Shown: positions 50,901 to 60,222 of the stretch, in pieces
How the letters are laid out: each line of letters starts with the position of its first letter
How positions within the stretch are numbered: the stretch's first letter is position 1
Origin: Tubiluchus corallicola
Taxonomy: Eukaryota; Animalia; Priapulida
Length of the DNA: 64,000 bases
NCBI GenBank assembly: GCA_030141605.1
Contig: JAQGDQ010000224.1
Coordinates: 248,001 to 312,000, forward strand
Direction of reading: 5' to 3'
Translations under genes and position numbers: made by a program
The notes under the pieces: model-generated
What the model saw: the letters and a program-made list of their open reading frames with translations, nothing else
Database searches by the model: none
What the model was told of the DNA's origin: nothing

Positions 50901-53900
50901 TGGTTTTTTGAAGTAGCGTACATCCATATAAGAAGTGTGGTAGAACTAAAGTTTTATATATTAGTGTTTTAGTTTCCTTTGTTAGTTGCCCTTTAACTTG
51001 TCGGAGATATGATGTGCTAGATGCCATTTTTGTGTATATGTTATTAAAGTGATCACCCCATGAAAGATTATTGTCTACCTGTATGCCCAGGAATTTAACA
51101 TTGTTAGTTTGTTTGATTACAGCATTATCTATTGTCAAAGTGGTTGATGATGCATCATTAGTATTTAATGAGGGTGACAGTATCATGAATTCTGTTTTGT
51201 CATTATTCATTTTTAGCTTGTAATGACTAAATGCCATATTTATATTTTTTATATCTTCTTCTAAATAATTTTTTGCAGTTTGGACATTTTCATGGGCTAT
51301 GTAGATTGTAGTGTCATCAGTGTATTGCGTTATTTGTGAGTGTTTTAATACACTGGATATGTTGTTTATATATAGGCAAAATAATAACGGACCTAGTAGT
51401 GTTCCTTGCGGTATACCTCTGTTTAACGTGGCCCAGTCAGAAAAGTTGGTTGTATCTAACTTTACTCGTTGTTGTCTATCTTTGAGATAATTTTGTATCA
51501 GTTTTAACGATATCGAATCTAATCCTATTTGTTTTAAATTATCGTAAAGTAGTTCGTGATTAATGCTATCGAAAGCTTTACTTAAATCCAAAAATGCTGC
51601 TAAAATGTATTGCTTGTTGTCTAAACTATGTCTCCAATTTTCTGTTGTGTGTATTAGGGCGTCAATGGTTGAATGGTGTTTACGGAAGCCAAACTGATGT
51701 TTTGATAAAAGTTCATGTTTATTTACATATGAATTTATCTGATCATAAATTACCCTTTCCCAAACTTTGCCGAAACAATGGATTACAGAAATTGGGCGAT
51801 AATTCATGGGATCACATTTTGGATCTTTTTTATGGATTGGAGTCACGTTTGCCATTTTACATACCGTTGGAAATTCGCCTCTCATAATTATCTGATTAGC
51901 AATGTAAGTCATATGCGGGGCTATTACAGATGCGCTATCTTTTAGAATTTTGATAGGAATATCTGATGGTCCACTCCCTTTGTTGGAACTTAGGTTATTT
52001 AATATGTCGTTAATTTCTCCTACTGTGACGCTTTTGAATGAGAATACTGTGTTAGACGATTTGTTTTTTAATTTATTAATTATATTATTGTTAATATGAG
52101 AAGCCACTCCCTTAAAATTTCCAAGATTCAGGAATATTGCATTTAGCGCATTGGCAATATCTTTGGGTTTTGTAATAACAGTGTTGTTGATCTTAATTTC
52201 GTCAACACGCGTTAGTTTGTTACGGCATTTATTTATTACATTGTTAATAATTTTCCATTTTTCTTTGGTATTTGTTGCGTTTTTACATTGTTGTTGTATA
52301 TGTTTATTTTTCAAGCATTTATTAAGATTATTAAATTGATTTCTCTTTTTTTATAATTGTTATGATTGTTTTTAGTTTTGTTCTTTTCCCATATATTATA
52401 CATTCTGTTTTTCGCTATTCTTAGTTTGTCAAGTTCAGGTGTTGTCCAGGTACTTTCGTTATTGAGTTTGCTTTGTTGTGGGATTTGCTTTACGTTTTTA
52501 TATGGTGCATGTACATTAAGGCAATATTCGACATTATATGTCAGAATATTAACTTGTGTATCTATTTTATCAGTCATATATATGGAGGTCCAGTTCATTT
52601 TTGCTAAGTCGATTAAGTATGAATGTTTGTTGTATTGGGCGTAGTCTCTCATTAAATGCCAGACTGAATTTTGGTTATTATTATGCTGTGGGGTCATTTT
52701 ATCTACTAATATTATGAAATGATGATCTGAATAATCACACGGGAAAGTATCATATGCTACGAAATTATTGTTACTATTCGAAATGAAATGGTCGATTACT
52801 GTGGCTGATGTTTTAGAAATTCGAGTAGGTTTATTGTTGTTAAGTATGTGGACATTATATTGTTTTAAAAGCTCTGTGTATGTTTTGTATGCCAGTGTGT
52901 TTGTAGCTAAAATATCAAGGTTGAAATCGCCCATTATAAGTACTTTTTTATTTTCGAAAACACTGCGTTCTAGTTCTTCACTAAAGTATTTGAAAAATGT
53001 TTTGTGTTTGAGATTGGGTGGTCTATATATGGTTCCTATTACATAGTTCTCAATGCTGCACCAAACAGATTCAATTTTGCCAGTTCTGATGCCTTTCATT
53101 TCTTGTGGTCTCAGGTGTGAAGGTATATACATCGCAACCCCTCCACCTTTCTTATTTTTACATCTATCTCTTCTTATTAATGTGTGATTAGGTAATTCTA
53201 TAGTGTTGCTAAGTATTTGTTTATGTAGCCAAGTTTCTGTTATGCCTACAATCAGATTTTCGGTGGCGTGAATTGTATCTTTCAGCAGCCAGTGTTTTTT
53301 GACGAGACTTTGAATATTTATATTTAGAAATTTGATGTTCTTTTTATAAGTAATCATGAATTTTTTTAGCTTATCACTGGTATTATTATTGTTGGTGTTA
53401 TTATTATTATTATTTGGCAAAATGGGTCCAGGGTTAGTTTCGATACCACCAAGTATAAGTAGTAAACGAATTATGGTTAAAATGTAAGCCAGTTCAGAAC
53501 ATGAGTATAGAGTGCTTTCAAATTTAGATGAAATCTGTAATTTTTCCAATTTTTTTAGAGCTACGTATTTTAGATTGACATGACGCATTTGTCTTATAGC
53601 ACTGAGGTACACAACTTTTAAGATGGATACAAATCTTTTTAAAATAAATTGCATAGAGTGTCTTATTCTATCGCTATTTACAGGAAAAGCAATGAAAAAG
53701 TTGTTTAAATTACCTTTAGTCATTACATTACAAATTACTGTTACGTAGATCATTTTCAGTTTTAGTATGGAGAGTAATGTACGTAGTATAACTAAGACGT
53801 AAGCATAGTTACAATAAAAGAACTTAACTGTTTGATATTTGGCGTTAAATATACAAAGGCTCCCATGATCACAAATAAATTTGGTAATTTTATGATAAGA

Positions 53901-56610
53901 TACGTTAGAAATATCAACTATGATACAAGAAGTAAATTCGTATGGTTTCCAAAATGTACCTATTAACACAAATAAAATAACTTTAACTTGCAGTTTTTTT
54001 GCAGTAATACAGCAGCATAGTATCAAGCTTACACAGTAAAACGTTACACATGCGTGGTAAATTAATTTTAGAACGATCATAAGGATACTAATATCGATTG
54101 TGAGTAAAAGGGCTTGTATAGAATACAGTACTATAAGAAGTAAATATTTCCTATTATGTAATAACGTGGGTGAGATAATTGTTATTATAATACTAGTATA
54201 CACAATTGTTACGTTATAATCTTTACACGAGTTAGGATGGATTGGCCTATTTTGCCATATTATGTAAAAATTCACTAGCAGCAGTGCTAAAAATTTTCTG
54301 TTATTCAGTGTCATCATTAAAATCATAATAGAATAGTAAAAAAAGGAGTTTTATAACAGGTTTACGCAGACTAGCTTTAAAGTTCAGAGTAATGTCTAAA
54401 ACCAAGCTAAACGATACTAGGCCTATATGAACTTGGAGATAAGCTCTTTAAAGGCTTTGGTTAGTATGTTTTCAATCTCGGATTTTACAACTGGTTCCTG
54501 AGTTAACAGCAGCGGTTCATTTTGGCTTGGCAGTGTTGTAGAACATTTATTAGGATAATGAGCTTTAGCCGATTCTGTGTAGTACAAACTGCTTCGTTCA
54601 GATGGCTCTCTCCGGTTCGAAACGGAGTAGGCTCGCTGTGGGTCGTTAATTACTGGCGTTGGGAGAAGACCAGGTTTCTTAACTGCGTCTGAATAGCTGG
54701 TATTGTGAGATGAACCAATACGTAAATTAAACGAGTTATTTAGGCGCGAAATTGCAGAATTGTGTTGGTATGGGTTTGTATGGGACATTGGCTTGCGTCT
54801 TGTTTTCACGTACCAACGCTTAGGATCATTGTGTAAACATAAGTTCAGTCGTTCTGCTAATTTTGATACACCAGCACGACTTAAATGTAAACCGTCTCTT
54901 GCCATTAACCCTTCAGCTAAAAAATGACTTTGAATGTTGCACAATAAATAGCCCTCTTTGTTAGCTAAATAGACTAGATCATCATTGAAAGAGCGTATAA
55001 GCTCGTTTGTCAGAAAGATATTACATGGTTTTGCATTAAAATGCTTACTTTTTGAAGTCAGCGGTATATTACAAATAAAAATGTTTGCAGCTTTAAACTT
55101 ACTTGCAATGTTTTTTGCACAGTTGTCTGCAATTGTAATGATGTCTCTAACTGATGATTCTTTGTCGATTTGCTGTCCAACCTCGTCGCATTTTTGCGCT
55201 AGCCGTCTTATGTCATTTACACCACAAGCGATGATCACATTTTCAAGCTTCATAGCTGGATAATGGTTTAACACTTTTGTGCTTAACTCTTCTAATGTTA
55301 AGCCTCTGTATGAGTGTACCTGGACGTTTTGCCCGATGTCCTTTGGATTTAAGTATACGGTCCGTGAGTCTCCCAGGACTAGCGTTTGAGTGGTTGCATG
55401 TATGGTCTTATGATTTTTCCTTCTTTGATTCACAGTTATTGTGGCATTGCAAGTTTCCTTTTCCTGCAAGGTTTCGCCCTGCGATGGAAGGTCATTATTG
55501 CCGTGTTTCGATGAGGAGGTGTCTCCATTCACAAGCAAAGTTTGACTTGCTTCATCTGTGTGACTGGGATCTTTGGAGGAATTATCACTTGTTTGGTTGC
55601 TTACATTTCGTTTTCTTTTTTGTAGTTCAGAGAGTTCCGTTGATAATTTATGAACCTTTTCGATGAGAGTTGACTGCTCTTTATAGCTGGCAGCTAGTTT
55701 TGACTCCAAGCATTGAATTGTCTTTTTACTCTCTTTTTCCTCATTTTTGGTTTTTATTTGTAAGGCAATTAGCATTTGTTTATATCGTTCGCCCTCTGGA
55801 TCACCAACAAGTACGAAGTCGGGAAACACAATTTCTGCCGCCTCGTGTCCATCATTTCCCATATTCGTCGTTTGCCTATGTTTTTTGAAGCACCTTTCGC
55901 ACGTTGCAAGAAATAGCTGATTTTTATTTATTGGATTTTTTGCACTTTTGCAAAGCGTGCAACTTTTCCTTGCCATTCATGTATGTCTTTTAACATATAC
56001 TTTGTTCGACGTAGTATCTTTTAACTATAAGTAAATTTGTACAGCCTTGGCCTCACGGCCTAATCACAATCTATTCAACACTAACTGGTATAATTAGCAA
56101 CCGGAGCACGAGACAAACGATGTGCACCGGACAACTGACAACTGACCATCTTGACTCTTAAATCTTGAAAATCGTACATAAGTTTTTTCCCTCTTTAGAA
56201 TTTTTCAGCAAGCTCACAAAATGTCTTCCAGAAGCTCCGTTATTGGGGATCAATTTCTCCGGAAGTGTTTAATAGGGTTGATAAAACAATAAACTCCTGA
56301 CAAAGTTTTTCACCCGGCCAAAACTTGTAGAGTAATCTGAATATATTAGCTCAAAGTTCATAGTTCTCTAATATCGAATTTGACAATTCATAAATATGAT
56401 ATTATATTGTTTGTATTTTTCCCTGCAAGTTTATGTAAAAAAAAGCTCCCTTGAAACTCTGTAATCCAGCCGTACTTAGTTTCCAATAATTCAGACCCGC
56501 AAATGTGTAGACGTTACCTGGTGTTTTCCATGCTCATCCATGCGGATTCCTTCCGCGGCGATTTGTTTCGCTCTGACGAAGATCGCATCCGTGACTGTCT
56601 GTTTGCTCAT
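27896..56610 (-). CDS. VPS9D1: VPS9 domain-containing protein 1-like (N-terminal MIT-like helices, coiled coil, VPS9 Rab GEF domain), 14 exons, ~657 aa
   Basis: Exons (minus) 56610-56518, 49753-49681, 48197-48123 or 48093-48019, 47059-46867, 44772-44664, 42094-41979, 41416-41332, 40384-40299, 37091-36629, 36138-35921, 33683-33490, 32577-32499, 30026-29922, 27980-27896. All GT-AG, phases consistent, 1974 nt. Motifs recalled from human VPS9D1: [72 protein letters not shown]. Confidence 0.92.
28055..28691. mobile_element. Non-autonomous hAT element with internal ~141-bp tandem repeat (~3.6 copies)
   Basis: CAG...CTG ends; perfect 8-bp TSD GTCTAGAC. Confidence 0.82.
28827..29813. mobile_element. 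Probable old hAT-like element (related segment ~7190-7410)
   Basis: Ends AGGGGTGAGCAG / CTGCTCAGCCCT and subterminal TTCGA repeats; no clean TSD. Confidence 0.5.
29922..30026 (-). CDS. VPS9D1: VPS9D1 exon 13 (catalytic GADDLxP motif)
   Basis: [35 protein letters not shown]. Confidence 0.92.
29990..31275 (-). repeat. 72-bp tandem array (18 copies) of the VPS9D1 intron 12/exon 13 junction
   Basis: Unit = ...TTTTATTTTCCATTACAG|TGGTGCAGACGATCTTGTGCCCAT...; 4-unit higher-order pattern. Confidence 0.95.
31500..31847 (-). mobile_element. 5'-truncated copy (3' end) of the LINE at 50205-56150
   Basis: Closely matches 50209-50546, including the AATAAA-containing tail next to (AT)n. Confidence 0.88.
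31943..32479. repeat. 67-bp minisatellite (8 copies) ending ~20 nt from the VPS9D1 exon 12 donor
   Basis: AAAAACAATGATGAAAAATGACGTGTAAAAACACGCAAGAC... Confidence 0.93.
32499..32577 (-). CDS. VPS9D1: VPS9D1 exon 12
   Basis: [26 protein letters not shown]. Confidence 0.88.
32773..33421. mobile_element. Kolobok-like non-autonomous element
   Basis: TTAA-flanked; homologous to 22615-23684; a further fragment lies at ~38428-38560. Confidence 0.7.
33490..33683 (-). CDS. VPS9D1: VPS9D1 exon 11
   Basis: [25 protein letters not shown]. Confidence 0.93.
34854..35118. repeat. 88-bp tandem repeat (3 copies) derived from the pogo-like MITE family
   Basis: CGTCGTTAAACGAAACTGTGCGTCATTAAGTGAGGAAAAGG is also present at ~36247. 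Confidence 0.85.
35921..36138 (-). CDS. VPS9D1: VPS9D1 exon 10
   Basis: [42 protein letters not shown]. Confidence 0.93.
36629..37091 (-). CDS. VPS9D1: VPS9D1 exon 9
   Basis: [24 protein letters not shown] followed by an acidic low-complexity region. Confidence 0.9.
37340..38428. repeat. 42-bp minisatellite (~25 copies)
   Basis: ATTACTAATGTATTCACCGTATTTACTACATAAATTCACTAT. Confidence 0.95.
38575..40195. repeat. 30-bp minisatellite (~54 copies)
   Basis: TTTACTGTCATGACTGTACATTGTACTTCT, highly homogeneous. Confidence 0.97.
40299..40384 (-). CDS. VPS9D1: VPS9D1 exon 8
   Basis: [29 protein letters not shown]. Confidence 0.88.
40374..40670 (-). repeat. 18-bp tandem array (~16.5 copies) of the VPS9D1 intron 7/exon 8 junction
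   Basis: Unit TTCTCTTACAG|GYGTGGY; the last unit is the real acceptor. Confidence 0.95.
40745..41285. mobile_element. Foldback-type palindromic element
   Basis: Long imperfect inverted repeat (CTACCGCTATCATCATCAATAGTA... / ...TACTATTGATGATGACAGCGGTAG), arms >200 bp. Confidence 0.78.
41332..41416 (-). CDS. VPS9D1: VPS9D1 exon 7
   Basis: [28 protein letters not shown]. Confidence 0.9.
41473..41837 (-). mobile_element. Solo LTR (~365 bp)
   Basis: TGTTG...CAATA termini, 5-bp TSD GAAAT, minus-strand CTATATAAG (~41710) and AATAAA (~41543). Confidence 0.65.
41979..42094 (-). CDS. VPS9D1: VPS9D1 exon 6
   Basis: [39 protein letters not shown]. Confidence 0.92.
42136..42247. repeat. 41-bp tandem repeat (~2.7 copies)
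   Basis: CGGGTCCCCACTCGCTACCTTCAACCTCTCCCAGAGGGGAC. Confidence 0.85.
43294..44554. mobile_element. pogo/Tigger-like non-autonomous element
   Basis: TA|CAGTAAGTCCTCGCTTAATGACGC ... GCATCGTCAAACGAGGATTTACAG imperfect TIRs. Confidence 0.55.
44664..44772 (-). CDS. VPS9D1: VPS9D1 exon 5
   Basis: [36 protein letters not shown]. Confidence 0.92.
44934..44990. repeat. (AAT)n microsatellite, probably the (ATT)n tail of a minus-strand retroposon
   Basis: About 19 units followed by CTTTATT (AATAAAG on the minus strand). Confidence 0.9.
45003..45122 (+). pseudogene. Diverged 5S rRNA sequence forming the head of a SINE3
   Basis: Full-length match to metazoan 5S (ACCGGTTCTCGTC, CCGAAG.TAAGC, CCGGTTAGTACT.GGATGGGTGACC, GGTGCTGTAGGCTT) with several substitutions and no T4 terminator. 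Confidence 0.88.
45003..45560 (+). mobile_element. SINE3-type element: 5S head + RTE-like body + RTE 3' end
   Basis: 3' part encodes [12 protein letters not shown] (RTE ORF C-terminus) then TCCATTGTCTTCCAAGACAGAAGGATGCCAA; 16-bp TSD AATAATAATCTTTATT at 44982-44997 and 45559-45574. Confidence 0.82.
46600..46692. repeat. 21-bp tandem repeat (4 copies)
   Basis: ACCTGGCACGGTGCCAGCAGTTG-like units. Confidence 0.85.
46867..47059 (-). CDS. VPS9D1: VPS9D1 exon 4 (Ser-rich linker)
   Basis: [21 protein letters not shown]...MPASPR; phase-compatible with neighbours. Confidence 0.8.
47292..47812. repeat. 50-bp minisatellite (~10 copies, some 55 bp)
   Basis: GCAAACAATGGGCACCATGTTCTAACACAAATTCTATGCTCTGCTGTTGG. 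Confidence 0.93.
48019..48093 (-). CDS. VPS9D1: VPS9D1 exon 3, downstream duplicate
   Basis: [24 protein letters not shown]; intact AG/GT. Confidence 0.7.
48123..48197 (-). CDS. VPS9D1: VPS9D1 exon 3, upstream duplicate
   Basis: [24 protein letters not shown]; intact AG/GT. Confidence 0.75.
49681..49753 (-). CDS. VPS9D1: VPS9D1 exon 2
   Basis: [24 protein letters not shown]. Confidence 0.82.
50408..52345 (-). CDS. LINE ORF2 reverse transcriptase part (frameshifts at ~52350 and ~50665)
   Basis: [39 protein letters not shown]. The conserved C-terminus LWNSLP...FKTKLK lies in a shifted frame. Confidence 0.9.
52311..54326 (-). CDS. LINE ORF2 5' part: ~300-aa hydrophobic leader, 2A-like motif, apurinic endonuclease
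   Basis: [13 protein letters not shown] then [37 protein letters not shown]. Confidence 0.9.
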   Translation of the reverse strand: MILMMTLNNRKFLALLLVNFYIIWQNRPIHPNSCKDYNVTIVYTSIIITIISPTLLHNRKYLLLIVLYSIQALLLTIDISILMIVLKLIYHACVTFYCVSLILCCCITAKKLQVKVILFVLIGTFWKPYEFTSCIIVDISNVSYHKITKFICDHGSLCIFNAKYQTVKFFYCNYAYVLVILRTLLSILKLKMIYVTVICNVMTKGNLNNFFIAFPVNSDRIRHSMQFILKRFVSILKVVYLSAIRQMRHVNLKYVALKKLEKLQISSKFESTLYSCSELAYILTIIRLLLILGGIETNPGPILPNNNNNNTNNNNTSDKLKKFMITYKKNIKFLNINIQSLVKKHWLLKDTIHATENLIVGITETWLHKQILSNTIELPNHTLIRRDRCKNKKGGGVAMYIPSHLRPQEMKGIRTGKIESVWCSIENYVIGTIYRPPNLKHKTFFKYFSEELERSVFENKKVLIMGDFNLDILATNTLAYKTYTELLKQYNVHILNNNKPTRISKTSATVIDHFISNSNNNFVAYDTFPCDYSDHHFIILVDKMTPQHNNNQNSVWHLMRDYAQYNKHSYLIDLAKMNWTSIYMTDKIDTQVNILTYNVEYCLNVHAPYKNVKQIPQQSKLNNESTWTTPELDKLRIAKNRMYNIWEKNKTKNNHNNYKKREINLIILINA
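54423..55976 (-). CDS. LINE ORF1p: CxxC...CxxC N-terminus, coiled coil, SGNH esterase domain
   Basis: [15 protein letters not shown] and DGLHL (GDS/GxND/DxxH) blocks. Confidence 0.9.
   Translation of the reverse strand: MARKSCTLCKSAKNPINKNQLFLATCERCFKKHRQTTNMGNDGHEAAEIVFPDFVLVGDPEGERYKQMLIALQIKTKNEEKESKKTIQCLESKLAASYKEQSTLIEKVHKLSTELSELQKRKRNVSNQTSDNSSKDPSHTDEASQTLLVNGDTSSSKHGNNDLPSQGETLQEKETCNATITVNQRRKNHKTIHATTQTLVLGDSRTVYLNPKDIGQNVQVHSYRGLTLEELSTKVLNHYPAMKLENVIIACGVNDIRRLAQKCDEVGQQIDKESSVRDIITIADNCAKNIASKFKAANIFICNIPLTSKSKHFNAKPCNIFLTNELIRSFNDDLVYLANKEGYLLCNIQSHFLAEGLMARDGLHLSRAGVSKLAERLNLCLHNDPKRWYVKTRRKPMSHTNPYQHNSAISRLNNSFNLRIGSSHNTSYSDAVKKPGLLPTPVINDPQRAYSVSNRREPSERSSLYYTESAKAHYPNKCSTTLPSQNEPLLLTQEPVVKSEIENILTKAFKELISKFI
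56518..56610 (-). CDS. VPS9D1: VPS9D1 exon 1
   Basis: [31 protein letters not shown]|GTAACG; alternative in-frame ATG at 56616. Confidence 0.8.
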
Positions 56611-57699
56611 TATCATCTAACGACAGCAGCTGAACGAATAAAAACATTTTTTGATGAAATGGTGACACTTTTATAAGTTTTTTACTGTTAAATTACATTC
56701 TTACCTAATGCAGTACCAAAATGAATAAAAACATTTTTTTCAAGAAATGATTCAACATGTCCAACATTAGTACGTTTGTTACAATAAAATTAACGCAGGT
56801 TAGTTCTCAGTTAAACAATGCTAAAATTAGCTTCACCTTGTCTGAATTTTTTATTTGCATTAACTTTGCTTATTTTTTCAAAATTGACCTTTTCCGGTTG
56901 CAAGCTGGACCTTCGGCATCCGGCGCTGCTAAAGAGACAGATTGTCCAAATGTACCCAAAAAGCAATAAATCTAGCCTTTTTCAGACAATCTTAGTCTAT
57001 TGAGTAGGTTAGTCTGGTGTACACTTGCGTGATCGTACACACTATTTTATTGATCGCCTGGTTGCTACAGCCCGAGAGAAGTGTCTGCTGTGAAGAACTC
57101 GAGGAAAACTAACAGATCAGCCAAGGACAAACTAAGGTTGTCTTGTCTTTTAAGAGGAATTTCTCCTTAAAAATAGAGTAGACTTGAAGCCAAAGTGTAT
57201 AGACTGTTGCATTAGCTTTGCTATAATTTTCTGCATTAGCCAATTTCACACAAGTGGCACTGTACATTGTTATAGTGCAAACACTGCAGTTACTGAAAGC
57301 TTTTTTTATTTTTCTTCATTAACAATTGGTTTTTAATTTGTTTAAGGTGAGCAAATGCATTTCATAAATAACTTTGCATGAAAATCCATTGTCTGAGGAG
57401 TAGAAACCTACAAAAAAGGCTTAAGGTCCTGAAGGAGTTAATATTGTGATCTTATATATTACTAGTAATATAAACATATGGGGGGCAGGCCTGCAAGTAG
57501 CGGAAGTTGTGAAAGTGCCGGAATTCCGTCTCTTCGATCAGCTTGCACAGTCAGTCAGCTATCAATAAGCAGTGTAGCGATGAGGAAATGTGACAGAAAT
57601 CTATCTCTTCTGTCTGTTCTAGCTGTCAAGCAGCAAAAGTGAAGAAACTTCAGCTTTTCGTGTGGGGTAGCGCCTGTGGAACAGGCCAGCAAGTAACTG

Positions 57700-58100
57700 A
57701 GAAAGCAGAAACCCCTCAATTCTATCTATTCTATCTGTATCCTGCTCTTGAGCTAACAGAATTGAATGAAGTTGAGTCCGAGTTGAATGTCTAGCTCCCA
57801 TGCCCAGTGCTGCCATCTACAGCAGCTTTTTTTCAACCACTTGCTGGTGAGCAAATAAACAGTGAACCACCTAAACTGCCAGTGTGCCGATACTTCCAAT
57901 GACATGACCCTTGTCCTGATATCACTTTACACCACACAGCCCTGTCACCCGTAATCGCCCATGTCTCTGTATTTTTGATATTTAATGGTGTATTGATAAG
58001 ATCTTTTTGGATGAAATTGATGTAAGTCAGCAGCTGTCTTCTTAGCGGTTTCTTTTCTTTCTGCAGTGCTTCTCTGAAAGCTAATTTTAGAGCCATCATC
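57700..58100 (-). pseudogene. Degenerate RTE-like LINE 3' fragment
   Basis: KDL...W...DRAVW pattern resembles the RTE ORF C-terminus; weak. Confidence 0.35.
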
Positions 58101-58349
58101 TGGTAGTTTTATAACATGTTGTAACCATCTTAATCTTCTCCTTTTGATTTTAACTATCCATTCCTCTGCCTTGACTTTATTATACCCGATCCTGCTTTAA
58201 TATTTTCCTGAGATTTTATTCCTAGGCTAGAGTTTCTTCTGTGGAATGCATCAATTTCAGATTTGTGTTGTGCTTTGAATATCCATAATTCTGAGTTGTG
58301 GAGAAACTAAATTCCCACAATTGCAGCAAAGATTCTTAATTTGTTTCTA

Positions 58350-60222
58350 CACTGACCCTTTTACTTTCAAAAATTTTGGAATATGCAGCTAATTTGATTT
58401 CAAGCCTGTTTCACAGGATCAGGTAAATAAGTACCTCAGTGCCATTGGTAACAAAAAGGCGACTGGCCTTGACAATATTCCTGTAAAAATTCTGAAACTA
58501 GTCAAAGAGGCCTTTCTGCCTCAATTAACTGGTCTCATAAATCAGATGTTTGACTGTTCAGTTTTTCCAGATGAATTTAAGCATGCTCGCGTCACCCCAG
58601 TGTTCAAAAAAGATGATGCGCTGAACAAGAAAAACTACCGTCCAGTCAGTGTTCTTCCTATAGCTTCAAAGGTGTTTGAGAGAGCCATGGTGGACCAGCT
58701 TGGCGACCATATGTCCCGACACTTTCACCCACTCTTGTCAGCCTACCGTAGTGGATACAGCTGCCAGTCAGCACTGTTAGGGTTAACCGAAGAGTGGAGG
58801 AAGGGACTGGAGGCCGGTAACTATGTTGGTGCCATCCTGATGGATCTTTCAAAGGCGTTTGACAGCCTTCCACACAATTTATTGTTGGAAAAGTTAAGGT
58901 GCTATAATTTATCAGAAAATGCTGTAAATTTGATCAAAAGCTACCTTACTGACAGAAAACAACTTGTTCAGATCGGGAACGTCAAGAGCTCACCCCTTCC
59001 TATGGATAAAGGCGTTCCTCAGGGATCCTTAACTGGACCTGTACTTTTTAATTGTTTTATTAATGATATCTTCCATTTTGTCAGTAAATCCACCTTGTAC
59101 AACTATGCTGATGATAATACTGTTTCCTACTCCAGTAAATCATTTAATGATATGAAACAAACCTTAGAAGTTGAAAGTAACGCACTGGTCGACTGGTTTG
59201 CTTCCAACCAGTTTCAGGGGATTGCTGTGGGCAAAATTACACACGACCTGAAACCTACTTTCAACATCAAAGGAGCGGATATTGAATGTACAGATGAGGT
59301 GAAACTTCTTGGTGTAAATATAGACTATCGCCTGAATTTTGACTCGCACATTTCAGCCCTGTGCAAAAAAGCAGCTAAACAGATTAATGTTCTACGCCGT
59401 ATTGGGCGAAACCTGTCGGTAAAATGTCGAAAACTCATCTACCTTTCGTTTGTCAAGTCGAATTTTAATTTCTGCCCCGTAATCTGGCATTTCTGTAGTA
59501 CATCAAATAGCCAGAAGTTAGAGCGTTTGAATTTCAGAGCGCTCCGTCTAGATTATAATTATTTCGAAAGTACCTACGAAAATCTATTGTTTAAAGACAA
59601 TTTTGTGTCTCTTCAACTTCAGAGACAACGTCTCATTGCTATCGAAGTATTCAAGATTTTGTCCAAAAACTGCCCGTCCTATCTCTATGGACTGATAGAG
59701 GAACGAAAGCAAAACCGCTACTTCCTCAGAAAAATGAACACTGCAGAACACCCTACATATGATGGTGTTACATACGGAAAGAAAAGTTTCTCTTATTATG
59801 GAGCCACATTGTGGAATGAATTACCAAACTGTCTCCGAATGGCCGAAAATCTTGGGGAATTTAAACGTCTAATTAACTCATGGACTGGTGCATCATGTAA
59901 ATGTGCCATTTGTAAATTCAGCGAACTTCCCAATTTTATTAAGTCTTAATTAAATGCTGAATGTGTTGGCAGGAAAATTTTTTATTGACCATAGCTTTTT
60001 GTGTAAATTTTAGAAAATGTCACTGCCTAAATTTTTACTGTCTCAAATTTTTACTGTCTTTCATGTAGGTGGCATCTAAAAGTTTTTAAGAAGTACATAT
60101 TATTACCATGTTATCGCTCATATACATTATGTTTGATATCGGTTTACGAGCTTTAAGCTCATGTTTTACAAATATGTACTGTTTTATATCATACCGATGA
60201 AAATAAATATTATCTTATCTAA
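58350..60222 (+). mobile_element. 5'-truncated CR1/L2-group LINE (RT ORF 58546-59949)
   Basis: KKATGLDNIP upstream, [42 protein letters not shown] end; tail AATAAATATTATCTTATCT. Confidence 0.92.
58546..59949 (+). CDS. LINE reverse transcriptase (partial ORF2)
   Basis: 467-aa ORF with all RT motifs; no endonuclease upstream. Confidence 0.88.
   Translation: MFDCSVFPDEFKHARVTPVFKKDDALNKKNYRPVSVLPIASKVFERAMVDQLGDHMSRHFHPLLSAYRSGYSCQSALLGLTEEWRKGLEAGNYVGAILMDLSKAFDSLPHNLLLEKLRCYNLSENAVNLIKSYLTDRKQLVQIGNVKSSPLPMDKGVPQGSLTGPVLFNCFINDIFHFVSKSTLYNYADDNTVSYSSKSFNDMKQTLEVESNALVDWFASNQFQGIAVGKITHDLKPTFNIKGADIECTDEVKLLGVNIDYRLNFDSHISALCKKAAKQINVLRRIGRNLSVKCRKLIYLSFVKSNFNFCPVIWHFCSTSNSQKLERLNFRALRLDYNYFESTYENLLFKDNFVSLQLQRQRLIAIEVFKILSKNCPSYLYGLIEERKQNRYFLRKMNTAEHPTYDGVTYGKKSFSYYGATLWNELPNCLRMAENLGEFKRLINSWTGASCKCAICKFSELPNFIKS

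Larger units (their letters stand above)
50205..56150 (-). mobile_element. Near full-length CR1/L2-group non-LTR retrotransposon in VPS9D1 intron 1 (sense orientation)
   Basis: ORF1 esterase, ORF2 APE-RT, 3' tail GCAAATAAAGATTATTAT(AT)n; the 5' boundary is approximate. Confidence 0.93.

Noticed and set aside
56818-57003. Plus-strand ORF beginning MLKLASPCL, reminiscent of the VPS9D1 MIT helix
   Set aside because: Wrong strand, and the true homologous segment is exon 3 ([11 protein letters not shown]); coincidental.
57000-57600. Divergent gene start or bidirectional promoter upstream of VPS9D1
   Set aside because: Some CGGAA motifs and a donor-like GGTGAG are present, but no supportable exon or ORF.
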